A DNA stretch of 64,000 bases from Eledone cirrhosa (GCA_964016885.1 OZ024740.1:177258001-177322000); one strand, 5' to 3'; positions 26,985 through 41,984 are shown, counted from the first letter of the stretch. The notes: generated by a model from the sequence alone, not told the origin. Numbers and translations are program-made.

Positions 26985-28985
26985 CTCTAGCCTCCACATT
27001 TCTATTCAATGTACAAGGTGCCAGGTCTTCCATCAATATACAAAAATGAAAGATCCAATTAATTAAGGATTCACTTGGTAACCGTCCACATCACATCCCT
27101 TTCTTTCCCCTTACTGAGACCCATCTCGACAACTCCCACTTGGTAGCTGAGGTGAAGTTAGGAATTTCACAAGCATGCGCGCGGATCGTGTCGGCAGAAC
27201 GGAAGGTGGAACTGCCATTTTCCTGCATGATTCCTTTGCGGTAGACGGCAATATCATATTCTCCAATGACTCCTGTGAAGCAGTCACCGTGCACAACAAA
27301 GTCAATGATTTGATTGTAGCTGGGCTCTATAAGCCACCCCAAACGCCAATACTGCGCTTTAAAGAATGCCTCAACAGCATTAAGTGTTTTATACAACAGT
27401 GTCCTTCTGGTAAAATACTTATGATGAGAAACTTTAATCTACCCTGTGTTGATTGGTCTACAAACAGTTTGAAACCAGACACTTCCACCTCAACCGCTGA
27501 CAAAGCAACAGTAGAGACACTAGTCGACTTTATGGATATGTTTTCCATGTCCCAACTTATCTTTGCAATAACAAGATATCAGAAACACATTTTGGACCTA
27601 GTGTTTAGTAACCACATAAACACTATACATAATATTACAGTGGAAAAAACTCGTTTTTTTGGACCATGACTTGGTTCTCTGAAACCTGAGATTCCACCAG
27701 CCGAAAGCTAAACCCAATGACCTCTCTATAACCCACCCATTTGATAACATGGATCTTTATAATGCCAACTGGGATGCAATCACTAACGAGTTATCACATG
27801 TTGACTGGTCTTAACACACGTACACATCTCCACCAACATCAAAACATCTTGGAAGATATTTGGAGACTGTCACAAACATATGTGCAAAACACACCCAACC
27901 AAGACTTGTGAACAAAACTAAATGCAGAATCCCCCAAAACAGAAAAACTATTATCAGAAAAAAAAGAACAAAAATACTCCAACAAACTAAAATACTGCCA
28001 CCGAAAACACACACATTCGACTGCTATCGCAATGCTCGAATAAAAGAAAATAACCTCCAACAATGCATGAAGACCATCATCAATAACCAAAGAACAGCTG
28101 ATGAGAAATGGACCATTGAGAAAAATCAAACTCAATCCCAAAGTATTCTTTTCATTTGCGAAAAAAGACAAGGTCAATGTCTCCACTGTGATTATTGAAC
28201 ACAAGGTCACTGTCTCCCTGTGATTATTGAAAATAAAACACTCGAAGACAATCCTAAAACCATGTGTAAGATACTGCAGAAACAATACTGCTCTGATTTC
28301 AGCAAACCTGATATGGCTGATCTGGGCTGTATCAGTGATGTTAATCCCCAACACACTGTATCGGACATCACGTTTGGCGCCCCTGATATCTTAGCGGCAA
28401 TAAACGAAATTAATAGTCGTCCCCGATAGGTTTCCTGCTAGTGTCCTGAAGGTGTGTCGACACCAACTTGCATCTCCTCTAGCTAATCTTCGGAAGAACT
28501 TACTGGAACCTGGCTATATACCTGAACACTTTCTGTCCCAGTCTGCTGCTCCAGTTTTCAAAAAAGGGAACAAGTTCCTTACAGTGAAATACCATCCGAC
28601 CTCACTCACCTCTCATAACATTAACGTATTTGAGAGGATGATGAGATCAAGAATAACTCACTTTTTTGAAAGCAACAATCTGCTAAATTCCAACCGTAAT
28701 GGACGAGACTGCTTAACGCAGTTCCTGCCTCACTTTGATGACATTTTAAAAGCTTTGGGAGAGGGCTCAAATACTGATGTCATATACCTTAATTTTAGCA
28801 AGGCCTTCGTATGTTTAGAGAGTTACTGCAATGAATCAAGTTTTTCTAGTCGAAGAAGTAAAATCAAGCGTAGTCAAAATCAGTAGTGGCGTTCCACATG
28901 GTACTGTGTTGGACTCACTTCTTTTCAATATCTATATCAATGACATTACTGACGCCATTAGGCACAGCAACTTAAGAATCTTTGC
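26985..28985 (+). mobile_element. decayed CR1/L2-like LINE ORF2 (APE endonuclease + partial RT)
   Basis: FNVQG, RADRVGRTEGG, GLYKPP, NFNLP..W, LDLVFSN, PVFKKGNK..YHPTSLTS, YLNFSKAF, SGVPHGTVL..LLFNIYINDI; many frameshifts. Confidence 0.88.
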
Positions 28986-29138
28986 TCATTTGCTTTGGAT
29001 CCTCCATATCTACAATTTCAAATTTTCCAAATGCTTTTTATGTCCAAGGCTTTATCTCTCTCTCTCTCTATATATATATATATCTGTCTGTTTCTCTGTC
29101 TATGTGTCTATCTCTCTATTTCTCCCCATTTTCTCTCA

Positions 29139-29169
<31 letters not shown>

Positions 29170-29233
29170 TATCTCAACCTCTCTCTATATATATGTATAA
29201 ATATATGAATAATAGATTTGAAGACTAAAATAC

Positions 29234-29288
29234 AAAGTTTCAGAAGATCCCGTTAAGGGTGAAAGCAGCGATTCTTTACTTAAACTTT
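29234..29288 (+). ncRNA. inactivated minimal hammerhead (core mutation plus insertion)
   Basis: aaagttt CAGAAGA TCCC gttaa GGGT GAAA GC [extra bases] TT aaacttt; comparison with 4457-4480 identifies the insertion. Confidence 0.55.
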
Positions 29289-29864
29289 AATCTGTTATTT
29301 TAATATATATATATATATATAATAAAGGATCGATCAACTTTTGTCAAATAGGACCGAGGAAACAATGTTTCCACCGGTCTTTCCAATTGCTAATACTATC
29401 TATCGGTCGCAACTCCAGGTAGAAGGAGCAACATGAAATAAATTGTCTTGCTCAAGGACATAACGCATCATCCGGTCCAGGAATCGAACTCATGACCTCA
29501 AGATTGTGAATCCAATTCTCTAACCACTCAACCACACACACACACACACATATATTTATTTATTGCTAATCACTTTTCATGATGAATAATTTCATGGCGC
29601 CCGCCTAGCAGAAATCACTCAGCTGTTCAACATGATTATTTTTTAAAACAAACATGATAGTGGTGGGCAGGGAAACTGACAATAGAACAAAAGTAATATA
29701 ATTATTATACCCTGTGAATAAAATAAAGGCGTATATAGACCTATGTACAATGTGTTTATGTATAATAAACATATATTTACATTCACTGTTGGTATCTTAT
29801 GTTGTGATATTATCACAGATAACTCGGTAACTTGCTGACAGCGGTCTGTATACATGTATTTAAA

Positions 29865-30130
29865 AGCGGCAAATTGCCTGAGTCGTTAGAACGTCGGATA
29901 GAATGATTTGTGGTATTTGTTTCGGCTCTCTGCTCTCTCAGTTCAAATCCTGCCGAGGTCAACTTAGCCTTCCATCCACTCGAGATCGATAAAAAAGTAC
30001 CCGTTAAGTACTGGGGTCGATTCTTCCCCTATATCTCTTTCTCACTTCTATTCTCTCACTCTCTACGTTTCTCTGGAAAAAAATATATGTTCAGATCTGG
30101 AGTGGAATGGGCTCCGCCAGGTTTTAAAGT
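29865..30130 (+). mobile_element. diverged SINE variant (similar to 15720-15985)
   Basis: gagtcgttagaacgtcggata...gttcaaatcctgccgaggtcaac...ccttccatcc..gataaaa. Confidence 0.7.
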
Positions 30131-30699
30131 ACGATAAGAAACGCCGTATGTCACTATCGCAACCCTTCGACCCTCCCTTCCCAGGAGTTCCGGGTACATA
30201 CAAGTATTTCAAAATCGTTATTCTCCCTCTGCTGTCGTTTACATACGCCCTAATAATGTGAAAGACTGCAAAGTCTTATAGATTTCGTAAACAAACTATT
30301 GTTGTTGAAAGTTTATTTACCGGCATTGCTAGCATGATCTGCTAGTGTTAAGTAGCGATAGCACTATCACAGCGTGGTTCCGAATAAAAGCATATATGAC
30401 GCCATATGCAATACGTTTATGTTTAATATCCTTACAATTAGTATACTTTTGAACAAGATAATGGCAATGCGGCTACAAGCGATCATATATATATATATAA
30501 ATATATATACGTACCTGGTATTGTGTCGTTTCAGTAACTGGCCTTGATAATAATATATATACATATACACACACATATATATATATATGGATCTCTGCTT
30601 TATAAAGAATGCAGTGTTCATCTACAAAGTAAAGGTGACACAAACGATTCTCTCGTATCATAGCTTAGTAGAATTAATGATATGTGGTCTGAGAGTGTC

Positions 30700-32385
30700 A
30701 GCAAAGACGCCACCATTAAGAAGCACCGGGGAATTTATCCAGCCTAAAATTTCACAAGGCTGACTGGAAAGAGATCCAGAAGTAAAACTGGAGCGACAAC
30801 ATCACCACACAAGACACCAACACACATTTTCAACATTTCATGACAACACTACAAACCTTTTGCCATAAATTTGTCCCGGAGAAAAAGGTCAACGGACACA
30901 AAATTCGTATTCCCAGAGACAGGAAAATCCGTATGAGACGAAGAACTAAGCTCTCAAACCAGTTAAATGTACAACAGAAAAACAAAAAGGAACCCTATCT
31001 GAAACAGGCACTACTTGAAATTGAAACTGCACTCAAACTTTCCCATGTGAAAGAGAGGACAGAGAGAGAAGCCAAGGCCATAAAAAATATTAAACCAAAT
31101 CCTAAAGCCTTCTTTAAATTTGCAAAAGGAACTGCCTCAGTAAGATTGGGCCACTCTTCCATAAAAATGGTTCACTAACCGAGGATCCCCAAGGGATGAG
31201 TGAAATACTGAATGAACAGTACAAAAGTGTGTTCACACCCCATTGAGACACATGCAAATAACAAAGCCAGAGGATTTCTTTGATGCCACAACACTCCACG
31301 AAGAAATGGCGACCATCAACCACATAGACATAACGGAGGAAGATGTGATATCCGCCATAGACGAAATTAGAACAAACTCAGCTGCTAGACCTGATGGATT
31401 CCCAGAAGTCCTCCTAAAAACATGTAAACGTGCCTTAGCGAGACCACTGAAGATCCTCTTCAGAAGTTCTTTGGCTAGTGGTAAACTACTCAAATAGCTA
31501 AAAGAAGGCACAATATGCCCTATCCATAAAGTAGGAAGCCAAAAATTACAGGCCAGTCTCCCTGACGTCACATATCAGTAAGGGCATGAAACTGATCAAG
31601 TTCCTTGAGGAAAATGACCGCCTAACTAGCACACAGCATGGCTTTCGCCCAGGAAGAAGCTGCCTTACACAGCTGTTACAACACTATGACTGGGTACTGA
31701 AACAACTGCTGGACAGCTCACATGTGGAAGTGATATATTTTGACTTTGTTAAGGCCTTTGACAAGGTCGACCACGGAATGATATGCCACAAACTACACAG
31801 ACTCGGCATAATTGGAATCGTAGGTGAGTGGCTATCATGATTTTTTAAAAGACAGAAGCCAGACAGTTGCAACCAATGGGGTCCTCTCAAAGGAAACATC
31901 AATAACAAGTGGGGTGGCGCAGGGCACAGTCTTGGGACCACTACTGTTTGTGATGACTCTCTCAGACATGCCCTCTGTAGTACATACAACATCCCCCACT
32001 AGCTATGCTGATGTGATGACACAAAGGTAGCACAGGCAATCTAAAACCCAACAACATCTGGATGCCATATACAAATGGGCTGAGGACAACAACATGCAGT
32101 TTAATGCTAGAAAATTTTAAGCCCTACAATACCAACCTGCTAACACAAAGACAATACAACACAGCTACACCGGACCAGGAGGGATCGAAATCCCCGTGTC
32201 GAAATCGATACGAGACATAGGGATAGACATAAGCGATGATGCATCTTTTTCTTCACACAGGCGACTCGTTGACTGGATCTTGAGGACTTTCCGGACAAGA
32301 CCGTGAGACCATGTTGATACTATGGAGGACATTTGTCCTAAGCCGCCTGGACTATGGTGCGCGTCTACCTGAAATGGAAAAAAAA
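30700..32385 (+). mobile_element. decayed CR1/L2-like LINE RT fragment
   Basis: NPKAFFKF, SAARPDG, QHGFRPGRSCLTQL, YFDFVKAFDKVDH, SGVAQGTVLGPLLF, SYAD, RDIGI. Confidence 0.9.
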
Positions 32386-32484
32386 AACGTTTTGTAAATA
32401 GAGCTATACTTGTGCACCTGCGTAAGCATGTGTGTGTGGGTGTGTGGGTGTGGGTGTGGGTGTGTGTGGGTGTGTGTGTGTGTC

Positions 32485-32563
<79 letters not shown>

Positions 32564-32963
32564 ACATGTCCGTACGAAGCTAAGAAAAAATGTGTGTGTA
32601 TATGTAAGTAAAAGAGTGTGTGCATGTAAGTAGGAAGCTATGTTCAAAAGTATGTTAATATAAGGGTGCGTATGTGTGTATACAGAGCAGTGAAGGGAAA
32701 AATGGAGTGAGCATATATATAGTCGGCCTCTATTAGTTGTAAGAGATGTTAATGATCATATCTATTGACAACCAAAGAAATACTTCAAATCATTTGTTGA
32801 TGTCTACATGCGTTTCAACCTCAATATTAGCATATTAGCATATAATACTAAAGCATCGTCAGAATTTAGCTGCTGAGAGTACCAAATAAACAAAAGAATC
32901 ATAGTCAATACACCAAAAAATATATATATATAAACACACAACCACGCGCGCGCGCACACACAG

Positions 32964-33085
<122 letters not shown>

Positions 33086-33371
33086 TTATATATATGTATA
33101 TATACTCTCTGGCCTTCCCAACCCTGCAAACAATATGACAAGTTGTGCTCTAAAAACCTGTTAGGTGTTTACAAAGTAATCCTTCGCAAGACACTTTAGT
33201 TTGATAAGAGTAAGCTGTAGCTTGAAGTATGCTACTGTTGATTTCCTTGAAATTGGAGACGTTGAAGTTTTCGTCGCCATCGTAGTGGTCAACATCATCA
33301 TCATCCTCATCAGCATCATTACTTGACAACATAGCAAATCAAACTGAACAGAATGCATTGTATATGTAATT

Positions 33372-33562
33372 GGTGGTGGATTGGCAGTATCGTTAGAGGG
33401 TCCGACGGCATGCTTTTCAGCATAGAGTTACGCCCCTTTACAGTCTGAGTTCTAATCCCGCCGAGGTTAACTTTGCCTTCCATCCTTACGGGGTCGATAA
33501 AATAAAGTATCAGTAATACACTGAGATAATTGCTGGCCTTGTGCTAAAAGCAGAAACAATTA
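33372..33562 (+). mobile_element. SINE copy
   Basis: ggtggattggcagtatcg (A box) ... gagttctaatccc (B box) ... family core. Confidence 0.85.
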
Positions 33563-34235
33563 TATATGTAATTATTTAAAATATAATTTTTCATGTCAAA
33601 GGATGAGATTTATAATGCAAAATTTAAAATGCTCTTTTGCCAGCTTAGGCTTCGTACATACATAATGCTAAACAAATTGTATGCACCAGAAGCCAATGAC
33701 AGAGACTCTAGATGATTATTCAGTCTGCTAGATATAACAGCTAAATCTCCTTCTAAAAACTGCGGCCGGCACACCCAATCGTATATGACCTAGCTGGTGC
33801 CATGATATCAGTAATGGTTTTATGTGCTCATGTACTTATATACGGACACAGGACCCTTTCAGTCCTCACACCTTTCTTCCAATAGAATAGTAGATTGATA
33901 GTTGGAGGTAAATAGTGCAACGACAGCACTGGTCTAATACTTGCTGTATCGACTTCGCAAAATTCAGTCAAATTATCTACGACGGGATTGTGATACAGAG
34001 CTTAGAAAGTCGGAACTAATATCACAACACAATAGTTCCATACAGAATGATATGCAAAAGGCTGGAATAAGTTTGACCGGCAAATCTGTTTAGTCAGAAC
34101 ATACCTGGTATAAATACAAAAGTCAGTTCAATCTTCTACACACACATCACTTACAAATATATATATATATATACACACACATACAAGTGTTTACACACGT
34201 ATATTTATATATATACATATACATACATATATATG

Positions 34236-34361
<126 letters not shown>

Positions 34362-34939
34362 GACACACACATGAGCAGGAAGAGAGAACGAAAGAGAAGA
34401 TGGGGCCCTATTCGGAGAAGGGACCGGATCTGTTTAATGAGGAGGCCCAGGGGATTTCTCATCATCGCACCCCGATAAATCCACCCCTACTTGCACCAGT
34501 GCCAAACGTAACTAGTGAATTCTCCCATGAAAATCATTATTAAATTGCGATATATCAAAAAGTGCAGTGAGCAGATTTGGTACTTTATAGAGCAGAATTT
34601 AAAGCTTTTGTACAGCCTGGAGACAAAGATCAGCCACGTAATATATTAAATGAAATTATAAAGAAAAAAACAAGTATTAACCTATTCCCTAACACAGCAG
34701 GATATGTATGAGCTTAAATATTGAACCAAAGCACATCTGGTCACCTATTGCTATATTTAGAAGCTTTATATCGCCCCGCAAATGGCAGATGGCTGTGTCG
34801 ATTCCAGCAGACATTTCTGTTCCCATTTTCTTCTCTCTATATATTTACCGTACTCAGATTATTCAACCGTATTCAAATATTATTTCTAATAATCTGCATT
34901 GTGGTGGTTTCTTCCAAAAGCAAACACGTTTTCACATAC

Positions 34940-35770
34940 ATACATGTTGGCTGCCCTCTCGTTATTGAGTATGGCCATTGCACGATATAACATTATTAAT
35001 AATTATCAATTAATGCAATGCCTGTGCGTGAAGATTTTTTTAAAGTGAGGCGAGACTGTGCACTTAGCCAATCCCCCTCTCTGGGCGACAGTAGCTATAA
35101 CCCGAAAAGAAGAAAAGATCAACATCATCGGTAACTACTGAGCCGCAAGTTTTATGTCGGAGTTATCCCAGTTTCCTGAGTTGCCTTCTCCTAGAAGAAT
35201 GCCCTGACAAAGGCTAGGGGTCCTTCACTCCCACATACATACATACATTCATTCATACATACATGATGGGTGCAAACTCTGCTGAGAGTATTGCAATCGC
35301 TTGTCAGATTATAGAGTTTGTTGCACTTTTAGGCTACCGCCAGCCAGAACAGCATGTAACATATCCTAAACAAGCAATGCGTGTGCTTTGAAGGTTTTTT
35401 AAGCGGTGAAAGGCTTTGCACTCGAACAATCACACTCTCTGAGCATCGAACACACTCCCCGAACAGGAGAACTAGTCAACATCATCGGATGCTTCCGAAG
35501 CCGCACGTTTTTTTCTCAGAGTTGTGACAACAACTGGGGGCCTTTCACTCTCAAGTGAAAGAAGAAAAAAACAGAAAAGAAAACTACTATTTGGATGGCC
35601 GTTGACTCTGTTGCGTTCCTCCGCCCTTTGCCGAGTCTTGTATTTCATCCCGCATGGTGTCCAAATATCACCGCCAAGCTAGCTTGGTGGGGTTGCCGGT
35701 TTAGTCTCCGACCATATATACATACATGATGATGGCTGCCCCCTCGTTATCGAGTATGGCCATTGCACGT
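34940..35770. repeat. diverged local repeats (34945-35230 versus 35380-35550 and 35728-35770), probably retroelement UTR fragments
   Basis: ggctgccc..tcgttat.gagtatggccattgcacg occurs twice; tcaacatcatcgg...agccgca occurs twice. Confidence 0.5.
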
Positions 35771-35814
35771 AAAAAAAACAACATAATAATGACAATAATA
35801 ATAATAACAACAAC

Positions 35815-35847
<33 letters not shown>

Positions 35848-35942
35848 TGTTTCTACTTTTGGCACAAGGCCAGCAATTACTCAGTACATTACTGGTACTT
35901 TATTTTTTACTGGTACTTTATTTTTTACTGGTACTTTATTTT

Positions 35943-35980
<38 letters not shown>

Positions 35981-36281
35981 TTATTTATTGGCCACAAGGG
36001 CTGACATCAAGAAAAACATTACAGACGGTACAGGACGGCACAGGACGGTACGATGTGGGTTTTGTGCGTGTAAATATGTTTATTATTTATATAAGAAAAT
36101 AAAAAAAAGGACATAGAAACACATATATATATAAACAATAAAAATGAAAATTGAAACAATGAAAAATTCCCCAATAGGGGGGAAACCTCTGAGGGTTACT
36201 CGTGGCGAAAACCACACAAAAGACCACGGCCACCCTGACCACCAGGGCAAGCGGCCTCTCTCAATTTTTCCATCTCTCAAA

Positions 36282-39200
36282 CTACAGACGTATATTCAGA
36301 GTGGTCTTGTTCACTCGGACCATTCTCGCTACATTCACCCACCTTTCAACAAACTTGCTAGAAGGTAGCACTTGCTTCTCCACCCTGATTTTCCTCTTCA
36401 AGTGAAACTTGAAAAAGTTAATTAGGGATTCGCCGAAGAGGAAAGTGTCTGTCTTTAACCCTTTTAACCTTGTCCACCACACAATCTCTTTCGCCATGGC
36501 CACTAGGCAGATGAAAACCGCCTGCCCTTCCTCCTCGAAGGAAGACGGCGAGACTATCTGCACAATGGACTTAGTCGACAACCGGATCAGTCCCACACGC
36601 GACAGAAACTGTTCGACATAGCTCCACAAGTCAGCAATGCTCGGGCACTGAACGAGTGCGTGCACAATGGTTTCGTCGCTCTGCGCGCATCTCGGACAGG
36701 CTGGGCTGACGGTACTTCCGTGCCTGTAGAGCTTATCTCGAACCGGCAGCGCTCCCCGGTAGCACTGCCAGGCCAGGGATTTTTGGAAGTTATCCATAGG
36801 CCCCCGGGCTGAAAGTTCTCCGGAAGAGCGCAAACAGCTGATCTTCTTCGGCGCCCAGGATCTCTACGAGAATGTCGTCGCTCTTCCCCTCCACTAGTCC
36901 TCTATAGAACGCCGAGGTGGATGTTCCACCGATACTGGTGCCCAGCTGGGAGAGGGCAGTGAGCGCCTGGAGACATTCCAGTTTCCAAGCGCTATCCCTC
37001 GGTCTTTTTCTGACCCAGGACTGCAGCTCCGTCAAGGAGACGAGCTGTGGGAAAACGTGCCTGGCGAACGGCGACCACACCCGTTCACCATCAAGGAAGC
37101 ACCAGAGATGTCAGAGCCTCAGCGCATGTTTGCTCATCATCAGCCATGGCATGCCCAGTCCTCCACGCAACGGGTGTTGACAGCAGATGGATCGTCTGAC
37201 CAAGGGAGCGCGTCCCTTCCACAAAAAGCGGAAGAGGAGGCGCTCCATTTTGGTGAGATTTCGGCTGGAGCAAGGGACGACGGTGAGGCGGTAGCAGATG
37301 ACGGATGCGATGTACGCATTCGCCACCTCCGCCCGGCCTTTCAGCGACAGCTTCCTCTCAGTCCATTTCTGGCTGAGGGAGGACACCCTGATCGTCACCT
37401 CGTTCCAGTTTTTCGGTCCGAACCAGACCCCGAACAATTTAACCGGTCCTCCGTCCAACGCCACACGACGCTGTCGGACGGCATGGACTTGCCTCTCCAG
37501 GTGCCGAGCTGCAAGCCCACCGACGTTTCCTGGTTTATCTTTGTTCCTGTCACTGCTTCGTATTCCTTGAGAGCGGTGCCGAGAATCTGGACGTGCCTGG
37601 TGCTCGACACCACCACGGTGACGTCGTCAGCGTAAGCCGACTCGGATTTCCCGCATCCTAGTTCGCGTGGGACGCCCCTAATCGCCCCCAGTTTGTGCAG
37701 TAACGGCTCGAGAGCCAATACGTACAAGAGGTACGAGAGGGGAAACCCTGGCGGACTGAGCGCATGATGCTGAACGGCTGCGACAGGTGACCGTTCGCCC
37801 TCACAACTGAGCAGATGTCGCTGTACATTGCTGCGATCCAACCCCTCAAAACGGGCCCGAAACCGGCTGCCTCGAGGACCGCCGCCAGATACCGATGGTC
37901 GACCCTATCGAATGCTTTGGATTGATCCAAGTTGATCAGGGCCCCACCCTTGCCAGGTTCTTTAACCACCCTCTCTATGATGTATCGCATGAGGTGGAGG
38001 TTGTCGTGTATGGATCTGTCCGGAATGGCGCATGTCTGCGCCTCTCTCACCAGACCCTTGACGACAAGCGCCAACCTCATTGCTAATACCTTGGCCAAAA
38101 TCTTGAACTCTGCGTTTAGCAGGGTTATGGGCCTGAAATTATCGATAACATCCCCCTTGTTCGGGTCTTTTCTCAGCAGCGCCACTGCTCCCCGGCTCAC
38201 AAAACTGGGAATGCTCCCGTTCTGCTGCCAGTTGCAGTAGACATCTGCCAAGAGATCACCGAACAAGTCTGGCATAAATGCATAAAGCTCGTAGGGCAGA
38301 CCATCTAAACCTGGCGATTTACCCCTTGTGCAGTTAACCATCGCTTCCCGTATTTCACCAGCTGTTATTGGCTTTTCGCAACACTGTGCTGCGGTCGTCG
38401 AGAGCCGAGGCAGTCCGTCGAGGTATGCACTGAAGTCAATGCCCCGATCCGGGCTGCCGCCGCTCCCGAACAGTTCAGCAAAGTGCTGCTGAAAAGCTTC
38501 ACACATCCGCTCGGGTTCGAACATCACGCAACCATTTTGGTCAGACAAAGACCGAATTGTAGCTTTGTTGCCACGTCGCGCCTCTCCCACCCGGGCCCAT
38601 TGGACGGCTTTTGTCCCCTCGTGTTTCAGAGCAGGCGCTCTAGCTCTGACAACGCAGCCTTCGTGTTTTGCGTTGAAGAATTGGTCGAGTGCCAATCTCG
38701 GCGCAAGCACGTCGGTTGCGATGCCTGTGCTAAACGCCTCTTCTAGCTTTCTGACTAGCTCTCCCTCTACTCTATTTTCCTCTATCACTACTCCTTTGCT
38801 AAACCTAATCGACTCTACTTTAATTGCCCTTTTCAGGGCGAACCACCACCTGTTGTTGACGACCGCTCCCGTCAACGCCTGCTTAACTAATACGCTAATC
38901 CGGTCTCTGTAGGCTTTGCGCACCGGGAAAGACGCGTTCAGCTTCCAGTAACCAGGCCCTTGTCTATGAAGTCTGTCTATGTCGATCTCACAGATCACAA
39001 ATTTGTGGTCTTTGTAGTCGACTATTTTAAATTGTGGACAACTTATACTAGCCTTATCTAGTTACCTGCAGAATACCCTATCGAGATACGATCTGGATGA
39101 CCCGATACGGTTTGTCCATGTCCACATTGGCACATTCGGGTGATCCAGTCGATACCTGTCAGACAGTTCAAAACGTCTGAGCAGGTTGATGAGGCTCTTG

Positions 39201-39685
39201 CACCCTCCTCCCCTATCCACTAGCCTCACATGATCCCAGCGTTCATCCAAGATACCGTTCCAGTCGTCCACTAACACTAAAGAGCGGGACGTTCCAAGAA
39301 AGGTCTCTAGACGTCTGAAAAAATCTGGCCGTCCTGCCCCCGTTCGGGCGTAGACGGCTACTAGCCTGAAAGCATTGCCTTCGCTGCCGGTCACGTCCAG
39401 CACCACCGACTTACCTTCTGGGTCTAGGAAGATGGCCCGTATCGCGAGATCCAAGCCTCTCCGAAAAAGGACGGCAACCCCTCCCCCCGATCCTGGACGG
39501 CTGGGAGATGCGTATACATCGTAGCCGCCGAAGATCGGTGCGAAGGCTTGTGCTTCGGAGATTCTGGTTTAACTGATGGCCACCACATCTATGTTTAGTG
39601 ACCTGAGGTTATTGAGCAGGTGACCCTGCTTCCAAGATGACCCCAGCCCACGTGCATTTATACTGCCTATTCTGAGTACAGCCAT
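36282..39685 (-). pseudogene. LINE ORF2: APE endonuclease, reverse transcriptase, C-terminal zinc finger (frameshifted)
   Basis: ATG at 39685 (MAVLRIGSINARG), RLVAVY, DWN, SYLDR, GPGYWKLN, KSPGLDGLP, NFRPITLLN, LDQSKAFDRV, SVRQG, AYADDV, CPRC..ETIVHALVQC. Confidence 0.93.
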
Positions 39686-39717
39686 GTTGGATGAGAAACG
39701 GGGCAAGTGAGAAAGGG

Positions 39718-41745
39718 TCACTTACCTTGTTCGTGTGGTAAAGGGACAGTAGAACCGTCCCTTTCGCTGGTCATGGGTGTTTCCAAGAGGATGTCAGTGT
39801 ATATCCTCTTGGTAATCGACCCTCTGAAGTCTCCAACTGCGTTGGGGAATTTTTGTTTTGAAGGTTTGTACTGTTCTATTGAGATTTCGATGATGCTTAT
39901 GTTTGTCGGGAGAGTTCTTGGTGTTGGTGGGGTGTAGTAGTTTTTTCTGTGATGTCTGTGTGCTGCTTTATATATTGTATGATTTCTTTTTTTGCCATGT
40001 ATATGGCTGTGTACTTTTTGGGGGGAGGGGTGATTTTGTTGCTGTTTGGTGTGTGTGTCTTGCTGTGTTTGCGTTGTTGGTGTTTGTGGTGGTGATGGTG
40101 ATGGTGTTGCTGCAAGTTTCCTTGCTGCCTTTACACTTCTTTGTATGCCTTCGCTTTTGGAGGGTGAATCTAAGGGTTTTTTCTTTTTTCTTTTTTCGTG
40201 GCAGACCCTTTGCCACTTCACTCCCGCTCAAACTCCATGTCGGATTCTGTGGCGTCTGGGAGGGGTATGTGCTCCACGGCTATTGGTTGTGGTAGTGGAG
40301 CCCTCTTCGACAATTTTGTTGCTGATGTAGCTACTTCAAATGTAGCTATTGCTGTTGTCGCTACTGATGATGCTGCTTTAGTTGTCCGTGGCCTTGGTAC
40401 GGGTGCTACGGACATTACCTCCCTACTCACCGTGGAAGGGGCTGCTTCGTTTGATGCCTGCCCTGCTCTTGGTAGCAGCGGACCAGGTATTGGAAGGAGA
40501 GGGGGCCTTCTTCGCTGTCTTCTGCGGGCAAAAGGCCCTGAGGTGACCTTTCGACCCACAGAGATAACATTTTGGCCGTCTTCCTTCTACACTTATAGGG
40601 AGTTGGAGTCCTTCCTCGATGTCTATGATATCGGGGATAGCCTCGATACATTCCTGGTCAGTATAAGCATTTGCATGCCTATACCTGACCAGTTCTCTCT
40701 CCCTATTTTTTCTACTTGCAGCATGGTCGTGCTGTTCTTGATTCCAGCAAGGACAGACGGGGCCAGCCAAGGTATGGGCACGTCGGGTGGGACCTGGGTC
40801 ACTTTGACCCTCACAATTTTCTGCCCGCAGTAGGAGGGCACCAAGACTATCTCCTCACTCTTTAGGGTTTCCAAAGAGTGAGACTTTACTTCCTGGGGGT
40901 GGCGAAAAGTACGTCTACTGTGGCGTAGTTTCTGCCTCGGGTGATGTGGGTTTTGCATGCCCAGACGAACCCCAAGGTCTTTGGGATTTGAGCCTCCGTG
41001 GCTCTCTCCACTCGATGTGAGATTTTGCTTACGGTGCGGTAAGTCACCGTCCGTAGCTGCTGGTCCTTGAAAAAATCGGGTGGAGGTTTCAGGGAAACTC
41101 TATTTGCGCTTCTTGTCACCATGGCCCTTGCGACTGCCATCTCCTCCTCTGTGACTAACACTGTCTCGATATTTCGGGCGACACCTGCAAAAGAAGTGGT
41201 CCCTTTTTCAGTAGCACCACTATTGCTGCCGCTACTGGTCTTACTGGTGGTGCTGAGATCGCTATTACAGGTATCGGTGTCATTGTTGTTGTTTTCGTTG
41301 GTACATTTTTGGTGTTGTTGTTGTTGTTTTCGTTGATACTGTTGCTGTTGTTACTGTTATTGTGGCTGTTGTTATTATTGTTGTTTTTGTTGATACTGTT
41401 CCTACTATTATTGTTGTTGTGGCTGTTGTTATTGTCATTGTTATTGTCGTTCTCGACTTTACCGCTGTTATTTTTGTTATTGTCGTTCTCAACTTTACCG
41501 CTGTTATTTTTGTTGTTGCTGTTGTTATTGATGGTGTTGTTGTTGGTGATGTTGTTGGTGTTATTGTTGGTGTTGTTTGTGTTAGAAATATTTGTTAATT
41601 TTAAATCTGTAACAATCTTTTTTTCCTTTGTAATATTTTCGTTTATATTTACCTCCGCTGGAACGCTGTCTTGTTGACATGCTGATAAAGTCTCCCTATC
41701 TCTGTGTTGTCTGACAGCGCTCTCTCTCTTTCTTGTGTTATCCAT
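39718..41745 (-). pseudogene. LINE ORF1 (gag-like; Asn-rich N-terminus, CCHC knuckle), frameshifted
   Basis: EGRRPKCYLCGSKGHLRAFC knuckle in 40423-40770; overlapping ORF pieces 41745 to 39718 upstream of ORF2. Confidence 0.8.
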
Positions 41746-41984
41746 GTTGAAATTTAAAAAAATATATATTTTTACACAAATACGAATACGACACCCCGTA
41801 AAGGAGTGCCGTATTATTTACTAGTGAACCCCTGTATTAGGTGGGTCACTTCTTCTAAACTTTTATCAAATTTAAAACTTGAATATAGGTTTAGAACGGT
41901 TGAAAACGAGGTAAAACGTTGAAAAAAACTGGAGGCGATAAGAAGCGTGGCTTCACCAACAATAATAATAATAATAATAATAAT

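Larger units (their letters stand above)
35943..41960 (-). mobile_element. near full-length Tx1/L1-clade LINE embedded in (TAA)n
   Basis: 5' UTR, ORF1, ORF2 (APE-RT-Cys finger) and 3' UTR in order; (AAT)n at both ends. Confidence 0.92.
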
